From Lachnospiraceae bacterium (GTDB taxonomy: Bacteria > Bacillota_I > Bacilli_A > RFN20 > CAG-826), in the NCBI GenBank assembly GCA_963657245.1, contig CAVKLJ010000004.1:2584-66583 (forward strand): DNA of 64,000 nucleotides, written 5' to 3'. Shown in pieces: positions 8,466 through 17,413 of this stretch (positions are counted from its first letter, which is position 1; every line of letters begins with the position of its first letter). The notes beneath the pieces were generated by a model. The model saw only the letters and a program-made list of their open reading frames with translations. It was not told the DNA's origin and did not search any database. The position numbers and the translations under genes are program-made.

Positions 8466-9623
8466 ATGGTTACAGGTTTAACTATGTTAAAATCATCTTC
8501 GCCCAAAATACTTATGAAGAATTCCATTAAAGAAGACATATTGCAAAAAGAGATCGAACTCTACAAAAAATATTACGAAGTTGATGAAGAAAATAGAATC
8601 ATTAAGATGGTTTTTCGTTTCGATAGTGTCGATGAAATAATTGAAAAAGAAACCTCAACTCCTGAAAGACCTCAAATAAGAGATGATGTTCTTGAGAAGA
8701 TAAGCAAAAAGATTCGTAGCGTCCCTGAAACGTATCGTAGTGACGTTGTTTTAGAGATCAAAGACTATGGAGAATATAAAAATAAAGATTTGATGGCTGC
8801 GATAAAGGATTCTATCGCCTTTGCTCATTATCATTCGGATAAGGACGTTAGAAGAAATTGTGTAATCGCCTCTTTGTTCACGCTTATTGGCTTGGTTATC
8901 CTTCTTTTTGCCGCCTTCCTTAGTTCTGATTCTTTTGCCTGGATTGATTCAACTAATGGTGCAATTATCAAAGAAATATTGGATATTGCTGCATGGGTCT
9001 TCATTTGGGAAGCGGTAAGTATTCTTTTCATCTCTCCAAATCCTGAGAAAATCATTGAAAGAAGCTTAAGACTGATGATGAATTCTTTGACTTTAACTAA
9101 TCATGACGGCTCTGATTCTATAACCGAAGATAGTTCTTATTTCTTGGATTCCTATCCACTCAAAAAAGGTCAGATGAAGAAAACAGGACGTTATCTTTTG
9201 CTCATTAGTGGTTTCTTAATGATTGCGACAGGTATTACTAGCGTCTTCTTTCTTTTCTCAACTTTGATCCCAGAATTCAAGAATGTCTTTAATGGTGGAC
9301 AATCTACAATGATTGAAGGACAAAATTACACCCAAACTCAAGCGATAGTCATATTGGTTTTGGCCGTAATCGCATCAATATTTATTCTTGCATTTAGAAT
9401 TATTGGCGGAATTGCTGGAGTTTGCAAATTTAATAACCGTGGAAAGCTTCAAAAGTTTGTTGCCCCATATGCTATAGCAATGCTTGTATATCATATGATT
9501 TCGTTCATCATTCTTTCTTTTAGTGGTCAAAATGTGGCGATTGGAAGTTGGCTGTCAAATGGCTTAAGCACTGCCCTTAATCTTACATATTTAACCGGAT
9601 ATTTCATGGATCGTTTAAGCTAA
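8466..9623 (+). CDS. membrane protein of unknown function (soluble N-terminal domain plus about 6 TM helices)
   Basis: Long ORF with a charged N-terminal ~130 aa followed by hydrophobic helices. The start codon is uncertain. Confidence 0.4.
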   Translation: MVTGLTMLKSSSPKILMKNSIKEDILQKEIELYKKYYEVDEENRIIKMVFRFDSVDEIIEKETSTPERPQIRDDVLEKISKKIRSVPETYRSDVVLEIKDYGEYKNKDLMAAIKDSIAFAHYHSDKDVRRNCVIASLFTLIGLVILLFAAFLSSDSFAWIDSTNGAIIKEILDIAAWVFIWEAVSILFISPNPEKIIERSLRLMMNSLTLTNHDGSDSITEDSSYFLDSYPLKKGQMKKTGRYLLLISGFLMIATGITSVFFLFSTLIPEFKNVFNGGQSTMIEGQNYTQTQAIVILVLAVIASIFILAFRIIGGIAGVCKFNNRGKLQKFVAPYAIAMLVYHMISFIILSFSGQNVAIGSWLSNGLSTALNLTYLTGYFMDRLS

Positions 9624-9680
9624 CGATTAAAAATAAGTCGTTTTTATTGGAGATTTTTGTATTTTTAGTGAGGAAAAATA

Positions 9681-11093
9681 ATGAGTGTAAATGAAGATTT
9701 AGGAAAGGAAAACGTTGGAAAACTTCTTCTTAGATTTTCTATACCTGGAGTTATCTCTTTAATTATTTCCTCTCTTTATAACATTGTTGATCAAATATTC
9801 GTTGGAAACTCTTCTTTAGGCTACATTGGAAATGCTGCGACAGGAGTTGTCTTCCCAGTCATTGTCGTTACACAAGCCTTTGCTTGGGGCTTTGGCGATG
9901 GATGCGCATCGTATCTAAGCATTTGCCAAGGAAAGAAAGAAACCGAAAAAGCCAATAAAGCAATTGGAACGGGATTAACGTTAACCTTGATCGCTTCGGT
10001 CTTGATTATCTTGTTCAGCCTCTTATTTGCGGAGCCTATTCTTACTTTCTGCGGAGCTAGTGAAAAATCTCTTCCATACGCTAAGTCTTACTTGTTTATT
10101 ACTGCTTTCTTTTTCCCAACTTTGATGATTTCAAATATGGCAAATGGTATCATTCGTAGTGATGGCTCTCCTCTATATGCCATGATTACGACAGGAGTTG
10201 GCGCAATCATTAACATCATTCTTGATCCAATATTCATTTATGTCTGTAACTGGGGAATTGAAGGAGCCGCTTGGGCAACTGTAATTGGACAAATCACATC
10301 TTTTATTTTAACGGTCGCATATTTCTTCAAATCAAAGACATTCCGTTTGTCTTTCAAAGATTTCATCCCAGATATCAAAAACTTTAAAGAACCTTCTCTT
10401 CTTGGAATCTCCTCTTTTATCACTCAAATGACAATTGTTGTCATCAATTTGGTTGGCAATACCGTAATTGTTAAGTATGGAAACTCTTCGATTTATGGAC
10501 AAGATATCCCGATCTCAATTATTTCTATTGAAACTAAAGTCTCCACGTTAGTCCTTAATATTGTTGTTGGAATTGCTTTAGGTGGGCAACCTATAGTCGG
10601 ATACAACATGGGCGCAAAGAAAATAGATAGAGTAAAGAAAACATATATCTTAATGCTGATATCGACTTTGATTATAGGATTGATATTCACAGCAATAATT
10701 GAGATATATCCAGAAGGTGTCATCTATATTTTCGGTGGACAAGATGAGCCTTTATATATCGAATATGGCAAGTTGGTATTCCGTTTATTCTTAGCCACAG
10801 TAACGTTAACTTGCTTTATCAAGATGTCTTCAATCTTTTTCCAATCTTGTGGTCAGCCTCTTAAAGCTATGATTTCTTCGTTGCTAAGAGATTTGTTATT
10901 CTTCGTTCCAGCAGTCATTATCATTCCTTTAATTGCAGAAAGCAATCAAGTTGGCAGTGGTGTTGTTGCCTTACTATATGCGCCAATGATCGCGGACATT
11001 CTCGCAACATTCATCTGCATATTCATCACCTTGAAGTTATTTAAAGAGCTTAATAATTACGCCAAATTGTCACCTTCAGAGGAAATTTCTTAA
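9681..11093 (+). CDS. MATE family efflux transporter
   Basis: LLRFSIPGVISLIISSLYNIVDQIFVG N-terminal signature. About 12 TM helices. RBS GAGGAAAAA upstream. Confidence 0.85.
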   Translation: MSVNEDLGKENVGKLLLRFSIPGVISLIISSLYNIVDQIFVGNSSLGYIGNAATGVVFPVIVVTQAFAWGFGDGCASYLSICQGKKETEKANKAIGTGLTLTLIASVLIILFSLLFAEPILTFCGASEKSLPYAKSYLFITAFFFPTLMISNMANGIIRSDGSPLYAMITTGVGAIINIILDPIFIYVCNWGIEGAAWATVIGQITSFILTVAYFFKSKTFRLSFKDFIPDIKNFKEPSLLGISSFITQMTIVVINLVGNTVIVKYGNSSIYGQDIPISIISIETKVSTLVLNIVVGIALGGQPIVGYNMGAKKIDRVKKTYILMLISTLIIGLIFTAIIEIYPEGVIYIFGGQDEPLYIEYGKLVFRLFLATVTLTCFIKMSSIFFQSCGQPLKAMISSLLRDLLFFVPAVIIIPLIAESNQVGSGVVALLYAPMIADILATFICIFITLKLFKELNNYAKLSPSEEIS

Positions 11094-11120
11094 TCTTTTA
11101 CAATTTTATGTTAATATACG

Positions 11121-11158
11121 ATATTTCCTAATAAATAAGGAAATATAAAGTATTTTTT
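11121..11158 (+). terminator. hairpin terminator after the MATE gene
   Basis: ATATTTCCT-8 nt-AGGAAATAT perfect stem. The T-run starts 6 nt downstream. Confidence 0.45.
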
Positions 11159-11193
11159 GATTTTTTGAATCACTTTTTCGAGAAGAGAAAAAC

Positions 11194-11224
11194 TTGCACT
11201 CAGTCGGGGGGGGGGAATTATTAT
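11194..11224 (+). promoter_or_regulatory. candidate promoter of the collagen-like lipoprotein gene, with a G10 tract in the spacer
   Basis: TTGCAC (11194-11199), 19 nt spacer containing G10, TATTAT (11219-11224). The ATG is at 11255. Confidence 0.4.
11206..11215 (+). repeat. homopolymeric G10 tract
   Basis: Ten consecutive G residues in an AT-rich intergenic region. Confidence 0.95.
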
Positions 11225-11254
11225 ATCCTCACAAGGAGTGAATCCAAAAAAACT

Positions 11255-13381
11255 ATGAAAAACAAAAACAAACTACTTTGCGTACTTGCTTTAAGCACAG
11301 GCGCATTACTCGGTCTTGCAAGCTGCCAAGACCAAAAAGACTCTTCTAGCAGCCAAGATGAAACACATCAAGTCTACCAAGCCTATTTAGCAAATGGCGG
11401 AACTCTCTCGTATGAGGAATGGCTTGCTACAATCAAAGGCGAAAAAGGTGACAAAGGTGACAAGGGCGACAAAGGTGATAAAGGCGACTCTGGCACCAAT
11501 GGTACAAATGGTGAAAAAGGCGAAAAAGGCGACAAAGGGGATAAAGGAGACAAAGGCGACAAGGGCGATGCCGGCGCCGACGGAGCCGATGGCCAAGACG
11601 GAAAAGATGGAGAAGATGGCGTCGATGGCAAAGATGGCGAGGACGGAAAGAACGGCGCTTCAGTCTTGACTGGCGAAGGCGTCCCTTCAACCGGGCTTGG
11701 CGCTGACGGCGACTCATACATCGACACCGAGACCTTCGACTATTATGTCAAGGCTGACGGTGAGTGGACGAAAGCCGGTAACCTCAAAGGCGCCACTGGT
11801 GCCCAAGGCGAGAAAGGCGAAAAGGGCGACGCTGGCGAAAACGGCACGAACGGAACGGACGGCAAAGACGGAAAAGATGGCCAAGACGGTGAAAAAGGCG
11901 ACAAGGGCGACAAAGGTGACGTCGGACGTATCGGATTTATGGTTAGAAGCGCAGATGAATTAGCTGCCGCTGTAACTATTGATAATTCATATATCGTCTT
12001 ATTGAGCGACATTACATTAACTGATCCACTATATATCGATTATGTCGATGTTATTATTAACTTAAACGGCAAAACAGTAACTTCATCAACAAAGAATACT
12101 GCCATTTCATCTTGGTATGAAAACGAAGTTACAATCATGAATGGTAAGGTTGTCTCTACAGATGGCAACGCATTAGGCTCATGCAAAGGATCATCGCTTA
12201 CATTAAAGAATGTTGAAGCCGAAGCAAAAGAAGCATGTGTCCTTCCTGAATGGAGCTCAACAGTTACAATCGATGGAGGAAAATACACTTCATACGACAA
12301 CTTCGTTGTTGGAACTAACGGAACAGTTGACAAAGACGACGATCATGGCCACAATGTCATCAATATTCTCGGTGGCGAATTCAATGCAAAAAGCGAAGAT
12401 GAAGATTTCATTGCATGCGGCATATATGTTGCAAATAGTGACACAGTTACTGTAACTGGTGGCACATTCAACATAGAAGATGGTGTTGGTATACTTGCTC
12501 GTTCTGGTAACACCAAGGTTTCAAAAGATGTTACATTCAAACACACACCAACAAAAGATGGAATAATTGCTGGATTTATTGGTGATGCCAAAGTTAACAT
12601 TCCTGCTGGTTATGACATCGTTAAGGATCTAATTTCTTCTTATCCAGGAGGAACACCTACTGTTGATGCAGACGAATCTTTTACAGAGAAAGCCTTAATT
12701 GATGAATATTATGTTAAGAGCGAGGCTGAATTTAGAGCGGCTGTTGCAACAGCAAAGGATGAAGAAATTAACGTTATTTTGGTTGATGATATCGAAGTCG
12801 AACAAAGAATTGATGTTAAGTGTGACGCATACATTGATTTGAATGACAAAACCGTCAAAATGAAGACTGGCAATACCACAGGTCAATGCTTCAATTTCAT
12901 TGGAGTTACCGCAGAACTTGCTAATGGTAAAATCTATGGTAAGGATTTAAGGCAAGATAAAACAACGCTTACAAGTAATGAAGGTGAATGCGATCCTGTT
13001 GTGGCGAGAAACGGTGCCAATGTAACTCTCACTGATATGTCTATTTCAATCAATAGCATCACTGGTGCTTGTGCTTACGCTTTTGCAAACAGCACAATTA
13101 CCATTGAAGGCGATAATGGAAAATACACTAATGATACGAGTGAAACGTATATACATAATACTGCTCTTAAAGCGCTCACTTTAAATCAAGCAAACGTTTC
13201 CGGACAATTAATATTTGTCAAAGGTGGTACCTTCACTGGTAACAATCCAGCAAACGGTGATGATGCAAGTGCAACAACTGGCGTAACAACCTTCCTTGCA
13301 GATGGCTATGTATCTACAGGCGGCCCAACAACAGTTGGTCCATTTACAATCGATGCACCATGGATTGTTAAAAAAGCATAA
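11255..13381 (+). CDS. surface lipoprotein with two collagen-like (Gly-X-Y) blocks and a duplicated C-terminal domain
   Basis: Signal peptide plus lipobox MKNKNKLLCVLALSTGALLGLASC. Blocks of 24 and 16 GXY triplets. Two paralogous modules (SADELAAAV...LNGKTVTS and SEAEFRAAV...LNDKTVKM). Confidence 0.8.
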   Translation: MKNKNKLLCVLALSTGALLGLASCQDQKDSSSSQDETHQVYQAYLANGGTLSYEEWLATIKGEKGDKGDKGDKGDKGDSGTNGTNGEKGEKGDKGDKGDKGDKGDAGADGADGQDGKDGEDGVDGKDGEDGKNGASVLTGEGVPSTGLGADGDSYIDTETFDYYVKADGEWTKAGNLKGATGAQGEKGEKGDAGENGTNGTDGKDGKDGQDGEKGDKGDKGDVGRIGFMVRSADELAAAVTIDNSYIVLLSDITLTDPLYIDYVDVIINLNGKTVTSSTKNTAISSWYENEVTIMNGKVVSTDGNALGSCKGSSLTLKNVEAEAKEACVLPEWSSTVTIDGGKYTSYDNFVVGTNGTVDKDDDHGHNVINILGGEFNAKSEDEDFIACGIYVANSDTVTVTGGTFNIEDGVGILARSGNTKVSKDVTFKHTPTKDGIIAGFIGDAKVNIPAGYDIVKDLISSYPGGTPTVDADESFTEKALIDEYYVKSEAEFRAAVATAKDEEINVILVDDIEVEQRIDVKCDAYIDLNDKTVKMKTGNTTGQCFNFIGVTAELANGKIYGKDLRQDKTTLTSNEGECDPVVARNGANVTLTDMSISINSITGACAYAFANSTITIEGDNGKYTNDTSETYIHNTALKALTLNQANVSGQLIFVKGGTFTGNNPANGDDASATTGVTTFLADGYVSTGGPTTVGPFTIDAPWIVKKA
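11438..11653 (+). repeat. collagen-like GXY repeat block 1 (24 triplets)
   Basis: GEK GDK GDK GDK GDK GDS GTN ... GED GKN, with repetitive GGYGAYAAR DNA. Confidence 0.9.
11789..11932 (+). repeat. collagen-like GXY repeat block 2 (16 triplets)
   Basis: GAT GAQ GEK GEK GDA ... GDK GDK GDV GRI. Confidence 0.9.
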
Positions 13382-13403
13382 AAACATCTTATAACAACAC
13401 AAA

Positions 13404-13437
13404 AACACTCTTTCCTCTAAAAGAAGGAGTGTTTTTT
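13404..13437 (+). terminator. strong rho-independent terminator
   Basis: 11-bp stem AACACTCTTTC / GAAGGAGTGTT followed by TTTTTT. Confidence 0.75.
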
Positions 13438-13520
13438 ACTGTCTGCAAAACATTGCATAAAACGTTGTTACTAAAGTTTAAACGCTGGGGTTTTGCAGCG
13501 AATTTTCGATTTTTTGGAAA

Positions 13521-13547
13521 AGAAAAAGAGCCTTCTAACGAAGACTC
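13521..13547 (-). terminator. terminator downstream of tRNA-Glu
   Basis: Minus strand GAGTCTTC-gtta-GAAGGCTC followed by TTTTTCTTTT. Confidence 0.55.
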
Positions 13548-13559
13548 GTTTGTTTTAAG

Positions 13560-13635
13560 TGGTGACCCAGCCGGGAATCGAACCCGGGATTCAACCTTGA
13601 GAGGGTTGCGTCTTGAACCTCTTGACCACAGGGCC
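13560..13635 (-). tRNA. tRNA-Glu (anticodon CUC)
   Basis: Reverse complement reads GGCCCTGTGGTCAAGAGGTTCAAGACGCAACCCTCTCAAGGTTG...CTGGGTCACCA. Anticodon loop CTCTCAA. 3-bp D-stem typical of tRNA-Glu. One T-T mismatch in the acceptor stem. Confidence 0.85.
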
Positions 13636-13710
13636 GCGACACATATTAAAACATTTTATGATTGGTTTTTCAAGATATATGAACTTATCTAGCGATATTT
13701 CTTCGAAGAA

Positions 13711-15141
13711 TTAATTATCTGAGCGAGAGAAACCGTTCTTCATACTTATTGATGCGACATACATCAAATTATTTAGAGCTTTTTGAGTTTCTTTCTCAAC
13801 CATATCGGATATAGCTTGATTTGCTTCTTCTAGAAGAGCAGGATTATTTAAGGAATCATATTTATTCAATATCGCTCTCGCTTTATTGCTTACTGAGTTT
13901 TGATATCTTTCGATATGAATTGCTGTAGTGTTAAAATGGGCATCTGCAAGCACTCCAAGAAGTCTAGAAGACCAATAGAAGTTATTTGTGTTAACATCCA
14001 TTGTCGTCTTAGAGAAATATGCCGGAACCTTCTTAACGTTTGCGTAAAGCGGTACAAAGGCGTTAAATGGATTAGAACCGAAACAAACCCATTCGATTGC
14101 AGACACTTCGCTAGGAAGAGAGCTTCTAATTTCTAAGCAAGCCATAAAGGAAGTTCTAGAAATTCCGATTGGTCTATATAAGCCTTTAAGAGGGCTATTT
14201 CCTTTTCCATACGGATCGTATGGTGTTCCCTGATAATGAGAGGAAAGAATATATTTAACTTCTTCAATCGTTATCTTTCTTTCTGGTCTTAAAGACCAAG
14301 GTAAGTCGTCATCCTCTGGTCTAAGTTCTGCGTCAATGCCATCATATGTATAGGTATTTGGATTGAAATACCTCGCCATATACCAGGCTCTTGGCGTGTT
14401 ATAAACATGATCAGAATCATCATGTGAGCCAAAGGCTATACGTGGGTTAAAATCCTCAAAATCTTCATCCATCGATAAATCTAAATTGTTTTTCTTGATG
14501 AATTCTTTTAAATCAGATGAGCACATGTAATTCTTTTGAGAGACATATGCGTCATCAAAATCGAAATTATCTAAGCCAAATTGGTTGGGCATCATGACAT
14601 ATGAATCGTCACGAACACGGGCGGCAATCCAATGGTGCCCACCGATTGTTTCTAACCACCAAATCTCATCACCATCCGAGAAAGCAATGCCATTAGGCTC
14701 ATATGTACCATATTGTTCAAGAATCTTTCCTAGACGAATAACGCCTTCTTTAGCAGAATGAATATAAGGAAGAACACATAAAACAAGGTCTTCTTCGCCA
14801 ATGCCATTTTTAACATATGGATCAGCGCCTAAAACCCTTGGATTCGAGGTTATGGTTTCGGTTGCAGACATGCCAACGTTTGCTGAGTTAATTCCTGCGG
14901 CTGGCCAAACTCCTTCTGTTGGATCAACGTTTGGCATCATTGTGTATCTTAATGGATTATCAGGTAGCTCAATTACAAAAGCCGAACCCTTTGCCTCATA
15001 ATGACGTGGTTGCTTGCTAGGATCAACAACGACCATCTTTTTGACGTGGAAAGAACCTGATGGGGAATCGTCATTTCTAGCAACCAAAGTGCTGCCGTTA
15101 TAAGACGCTTTTTTACCGACTAAAATTGTTGTGCATGACAT
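13711..15141 (-). CDS. C69 family dipeptidase
   Basis: N-terminal MSCTTILVGKKAS...ARNDD, with the nucleophile Cys right after the initiator Met as in PepD/C69 peptidases. Confidence 0.85.
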   Translation of the reverse strand: MSCTTILVGKKASYNGSTLVARNDDSPSGSFHVKKMVVVDPSKQPRHYEAKGSAFVIELPDNPLRYTMMPNVDPTEGVWPAAGINSANVGMSATETITSNPRVLGADPYVKNGIGEEDLVLCVLPYIHSAKEGVIRLGKILEQYGTYEPNGIAFSDGDEIWWLETIGGHHWIAARVRDDSYVMMPNQFGLDNFDFDDAYVSQKNYMCSSDLKEFIKKNNLDLSMDEDFEDFNPRIAFGSHDDSDHVYNTPRAWYMARYFNPNTYTYDGIDAELRPEDDDLPWSLRPERKITIEEVKYILSSHYQGTPYDPYGKGNSPLKGLYRPIGISRTSFMACLEIRSSLPSEVSAIEWVCFGSNPFNAFVPLYANVKKVPAYFSKTTMDVNTNNFYWSSRLLGVLADAHFNTTAIHIERYQNSVSNKARAILNKYDSLNNPALLEEANQAISDMVEKETQKALNNLMYVASISMKNGFSRSDN

Positions 15142-15204
15142 AATGAAAAACCTCTTTTCTATTACATAGAAATTTTAAGGTTTTCTCGATATATTTTCAC
15201 TAAA

Positions 15205-16542
15205 TTAATTATTGGAAACTTCTTGAATCTGTTTTTTTCTTTCAAGGGTGATTTCGCCAGCCTTAGCAAGAGCGACCTTTGTGGAGATTGGACCAACAAT
15301 TTCATAAATTAACGTTGATGTTAAAATGATTGCTAAAACAAGCGATCCCACCATTTGAACTTCAGCGTTCGTGCTTGATCCAAAGGCTGCGCTAGCTGTG
15401 GTTGCTAAGCCTATTGCAACACCAGCTTGAGGAACTAAGCAGAAGCCAAGGAATTTTTGAACTGAAGGTTCGGCAGAGGTGATTTTCGCTGCAGCAAACG
15501 TTCCAACCCATTTACCAGCAAAACGTGAAATGGCGTAAATGAGCGCAAGAACAAAGACGATCCAACCTTTATCAGAGGCAAATACGCTTAAATCAAGCGA
15601 AGCGCCAGAAATGACAAAGAAGAGCATATAGATTGGGGTCGTAAAACGATCCATGAATTCGAAAGTGATATTTGATGTCTTTTGGAAGTTGGCAAATATA
15701 GCACCAGCCATCATACAAATGAGTAATGAAGACAATTCAAATGATCCCATGTAACTTTCTTGGAATAAGTAATATAAGCCAAGAGCGGCAAAGACGATCA
15801 TAATGACCCAGATCAAACGATTGGCTCTAGATTTGAAGTAGTGCGAAGCGCCTGCAATCATAAAACCAAGAACTGCACCAAGGCCAAGCGAAATAACGAT
15901 TTCGATAATTGGCTTTGCTAACATTTCATAAAGATTGAAGCCATCACCTAAAGCAAGGGCTTGAGCAATCTGATAAAGAATGGCGTAAAGGATTAAAGCA
16001 GCAGCATCATCAAGCGCAACAACAGGAAGCAAGGTAGAAGTTACCGGACCTTTAGCCTTATATTGTTTTACTACCATTAAAGTAGCGGCAGGGGCAGTGG
16101 CTGCGGCAATTGCACCAAGGGTTAAAGCAAGGGGCAAAGAGACTGCGTCTGGCCAAGCAAAATGCAAGCCAACTAGGATTAATGTTACAAACAAAGATCC
16201 GCCTAATGCTTCAAAAATCGTAATAACGATTACTTTCTTGCCAACTTGCTTAAGAACATTGGCTTTGAAAGATGAACCTATTGAGAAGGCAATGAAGCCA
16301 AGGGCAACGTTGCTAACCCAAGAAAGGTTCTTGATAAAAGAATAAATAGGGGACTTTGCCGCATCATTAGCAATGGAGAAATCAAATCCATTGAATAATA
16401 AGCCAAAGACAAATGGCCCCATGATGATACCGGTGATGATATATCCGGTAACGTTAGGAAGTTTGATGATTTTCATCAAACGCGTTGATAAAAGGCCAGC
16501 CAAAAACAAGGCGGCAATATATAAATATATGTATGGATTCAT
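15205..16542 (-). CDS. cation:proton antiporter (Na+/H+ exchanger, CPA family), no RCK/KTN domain
   Basis: LPNVTGYIITGIIMGP signature. About 12 TM helices. 445 aa, membrane domain only. Confidence 0.8.
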   Translation of the reverse strand: MNPYIYLYIAALFLAGLLSTRLMKIIKLPNVTGYIITGIIMGPFVFGLLFNGFDFSIANDAAKSPIYSFIKNLSWVSNVALGFIAFSIGSSFKANVLKQVGKKVIVITIFEALGGSLFVTLILVGLHFAWPDAVSLPLALTLGAIAAATAPAATLMVVKQYKAKGPVTSTLLPVVALDDAAALILYAILYQIAQALALGDGFNLYEMLAKPIIEIVISLGLGAVLGFMIAGASHYFKSRANRLIWVIMIVFAALGLYYLFQESYMGSFELSSLLICMMAGAIFANFQKTSNITFEFMDRFTTPIYMLFFVISGASLDLSVFASDKGWIVFVLALIYAISRFAGKWVGTFAAAKITSAEPSVQKFLGFCLVPQAGVAIGLATTASAAFGSSTNAEVQMVGSLVLAIILTSTLIYEIVGPISTKVALAKAGEITLERKKQIQEVSNN

Positions 16543-16544
16543 AA

Positions 16545-16868
16545 TTAGATTGTGCCTTCGTAATCCTCAATTTTCTTAGTAAACATTCCACCTTTGATCT
16601 TGGTGAAGGAATCCGTATGCTCACGAATTTCAGACTTTAAGTCCTCGACCTTGTCTTCGTCGATTAAAAACATTGTGACAGTTGATTCGCGGTTATTGAG
16701 CATATCCCAATCCATAAGATTGAAGAAATGAGTCTCTTCTGGCTCAATGGCATGGCGAACGGAAATGGTTTCTAACATCGTTCCGTTATAGCCTTTTTCT
16801 TTTACAGCGCCTAAAACTTCAACAGCAACAGGCGAATTTTCTAGGAATAGATACAATATTCGTTTCAT
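16545..16868 (-). CDS. small cytoplasmic protein, PII-like fold suspected
   Basis: 107 aa. The predicted beta-alpha-beta-beta-alpha-beta pattern resembles PII/PII-like proteins. The stop lies 2 nt before the antiporter ATG. Confidence 0.3.
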   Translation of the reverse strand: MKRILYLFLENSPVAVEVLGAVKEKGYNGTMLETISVRHAIEPEETHFFNLMDWDMLNNRESTVTMFLIDEDKVEDLKSEIREHTDSFTKIKGGMFTKKIEDYEGTI

Positions 16869-17064
16869 TTTCCCTTTTACCTCTTTTCGAACGTCTAAAT
16901 TATAGTCTTATTATTCTAATAAGAGGGACTTTTTACGCCCAAGTTTAGATAGATATGCATAACTTAGGCAAAAATAACCGAATTGGTACGAAAAAAATTC
17001 AAAATATTTTCAAATTTAATTATTTGGATTTAAGATAGTTATGTCTAACGTTAAGGAGAAAAAA

Positions 17065-17337
17065 ATGTCTGAAGCAAAATTAGTGGAATATACGTTAAAA
17101 GTGGATGGAATGAAATGCGGGATGTGCGAAAGCCACGTCAATGATGTTGTTAGAAAAGTAAAGGGCGTTAAGAAAGTTAGTTCCTCACACACAAAGAATA
17201 GTTGTTCTATTGTTATGGAAGAAGGAACTTCTAAAGAAGAGATAAAGAATAATATCACTGGCCAAGGTTACCACGTCTTAGGGGAAGAGGAAAAACCATA
17301 CGTAAAGAAAAGCCTTTTCTCAATCTTCAAGAAATAA
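17065..17337 (+). CDS. heavy-metal-associated (HMA) domain protein, CopZ-like
   Basis: GMKCGMCESHV (MxCxxC) motif. RBS AAGGAG at 17053. Confidence 0.75.
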   Translation: MSEAKLVEYTLKVDGMKCGMCESHVNDVVRKVKGVKKVSSSHTKNSCSIVMEEGTSKEEIKNNITGQGYHVLGEEEKPYVKKSLFSIFKK

Positions 17338-17354
17338 GGAAAATAAAATCTATC

Positions 17355-17379
17355 AGGCAACCTAATAGTTGCCTTTTTT
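17355..17379 (+). terminator. rho-independent terminator
   Basis: AGGCAAC-6 nt-GTTGCCT stem followed by TTTTT. Confidence 0.7.
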
Positions 17380-17390
17380 CTTATAAAAAG

Positions 17391-17412
17391 AAAAAACCAC
17401 ACCGAAGTGTGG
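17391..17412 (-). terminator. terminator of the feo operon
   Basis: Minus strand CCACAC-ttcg-GTGTGG followed by TTTTTT. Confidence 0.7.
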
Positions 17413-17413
17413 C

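Noticed and set aside
11206-11215. The G10 tract as a pure sequencing or assembly artefact.
   Set aside because: This cannot be excluded, because homopolymers are error-prone. But the exact length does not affect the observation that a long G tract sits in the promoter spacer. It is kept as a finding with a read-level check requested.
11383-12012. A stack of 69-114-aa ORFs in other frames and on the opposite strand across the collagen-like repeats (for example 11383..11727-, 11433..11717-, 11394..11669+, 11743..12012-).
   Set aside because: They are by-products of the GC-rich, stop-poor GGNGAYAAR repeat DNA. Their translations are low-complexity (SP-, RH- and KA-rich). They have no RBS and lie wholly inside a well-supported lipoprotein gene.
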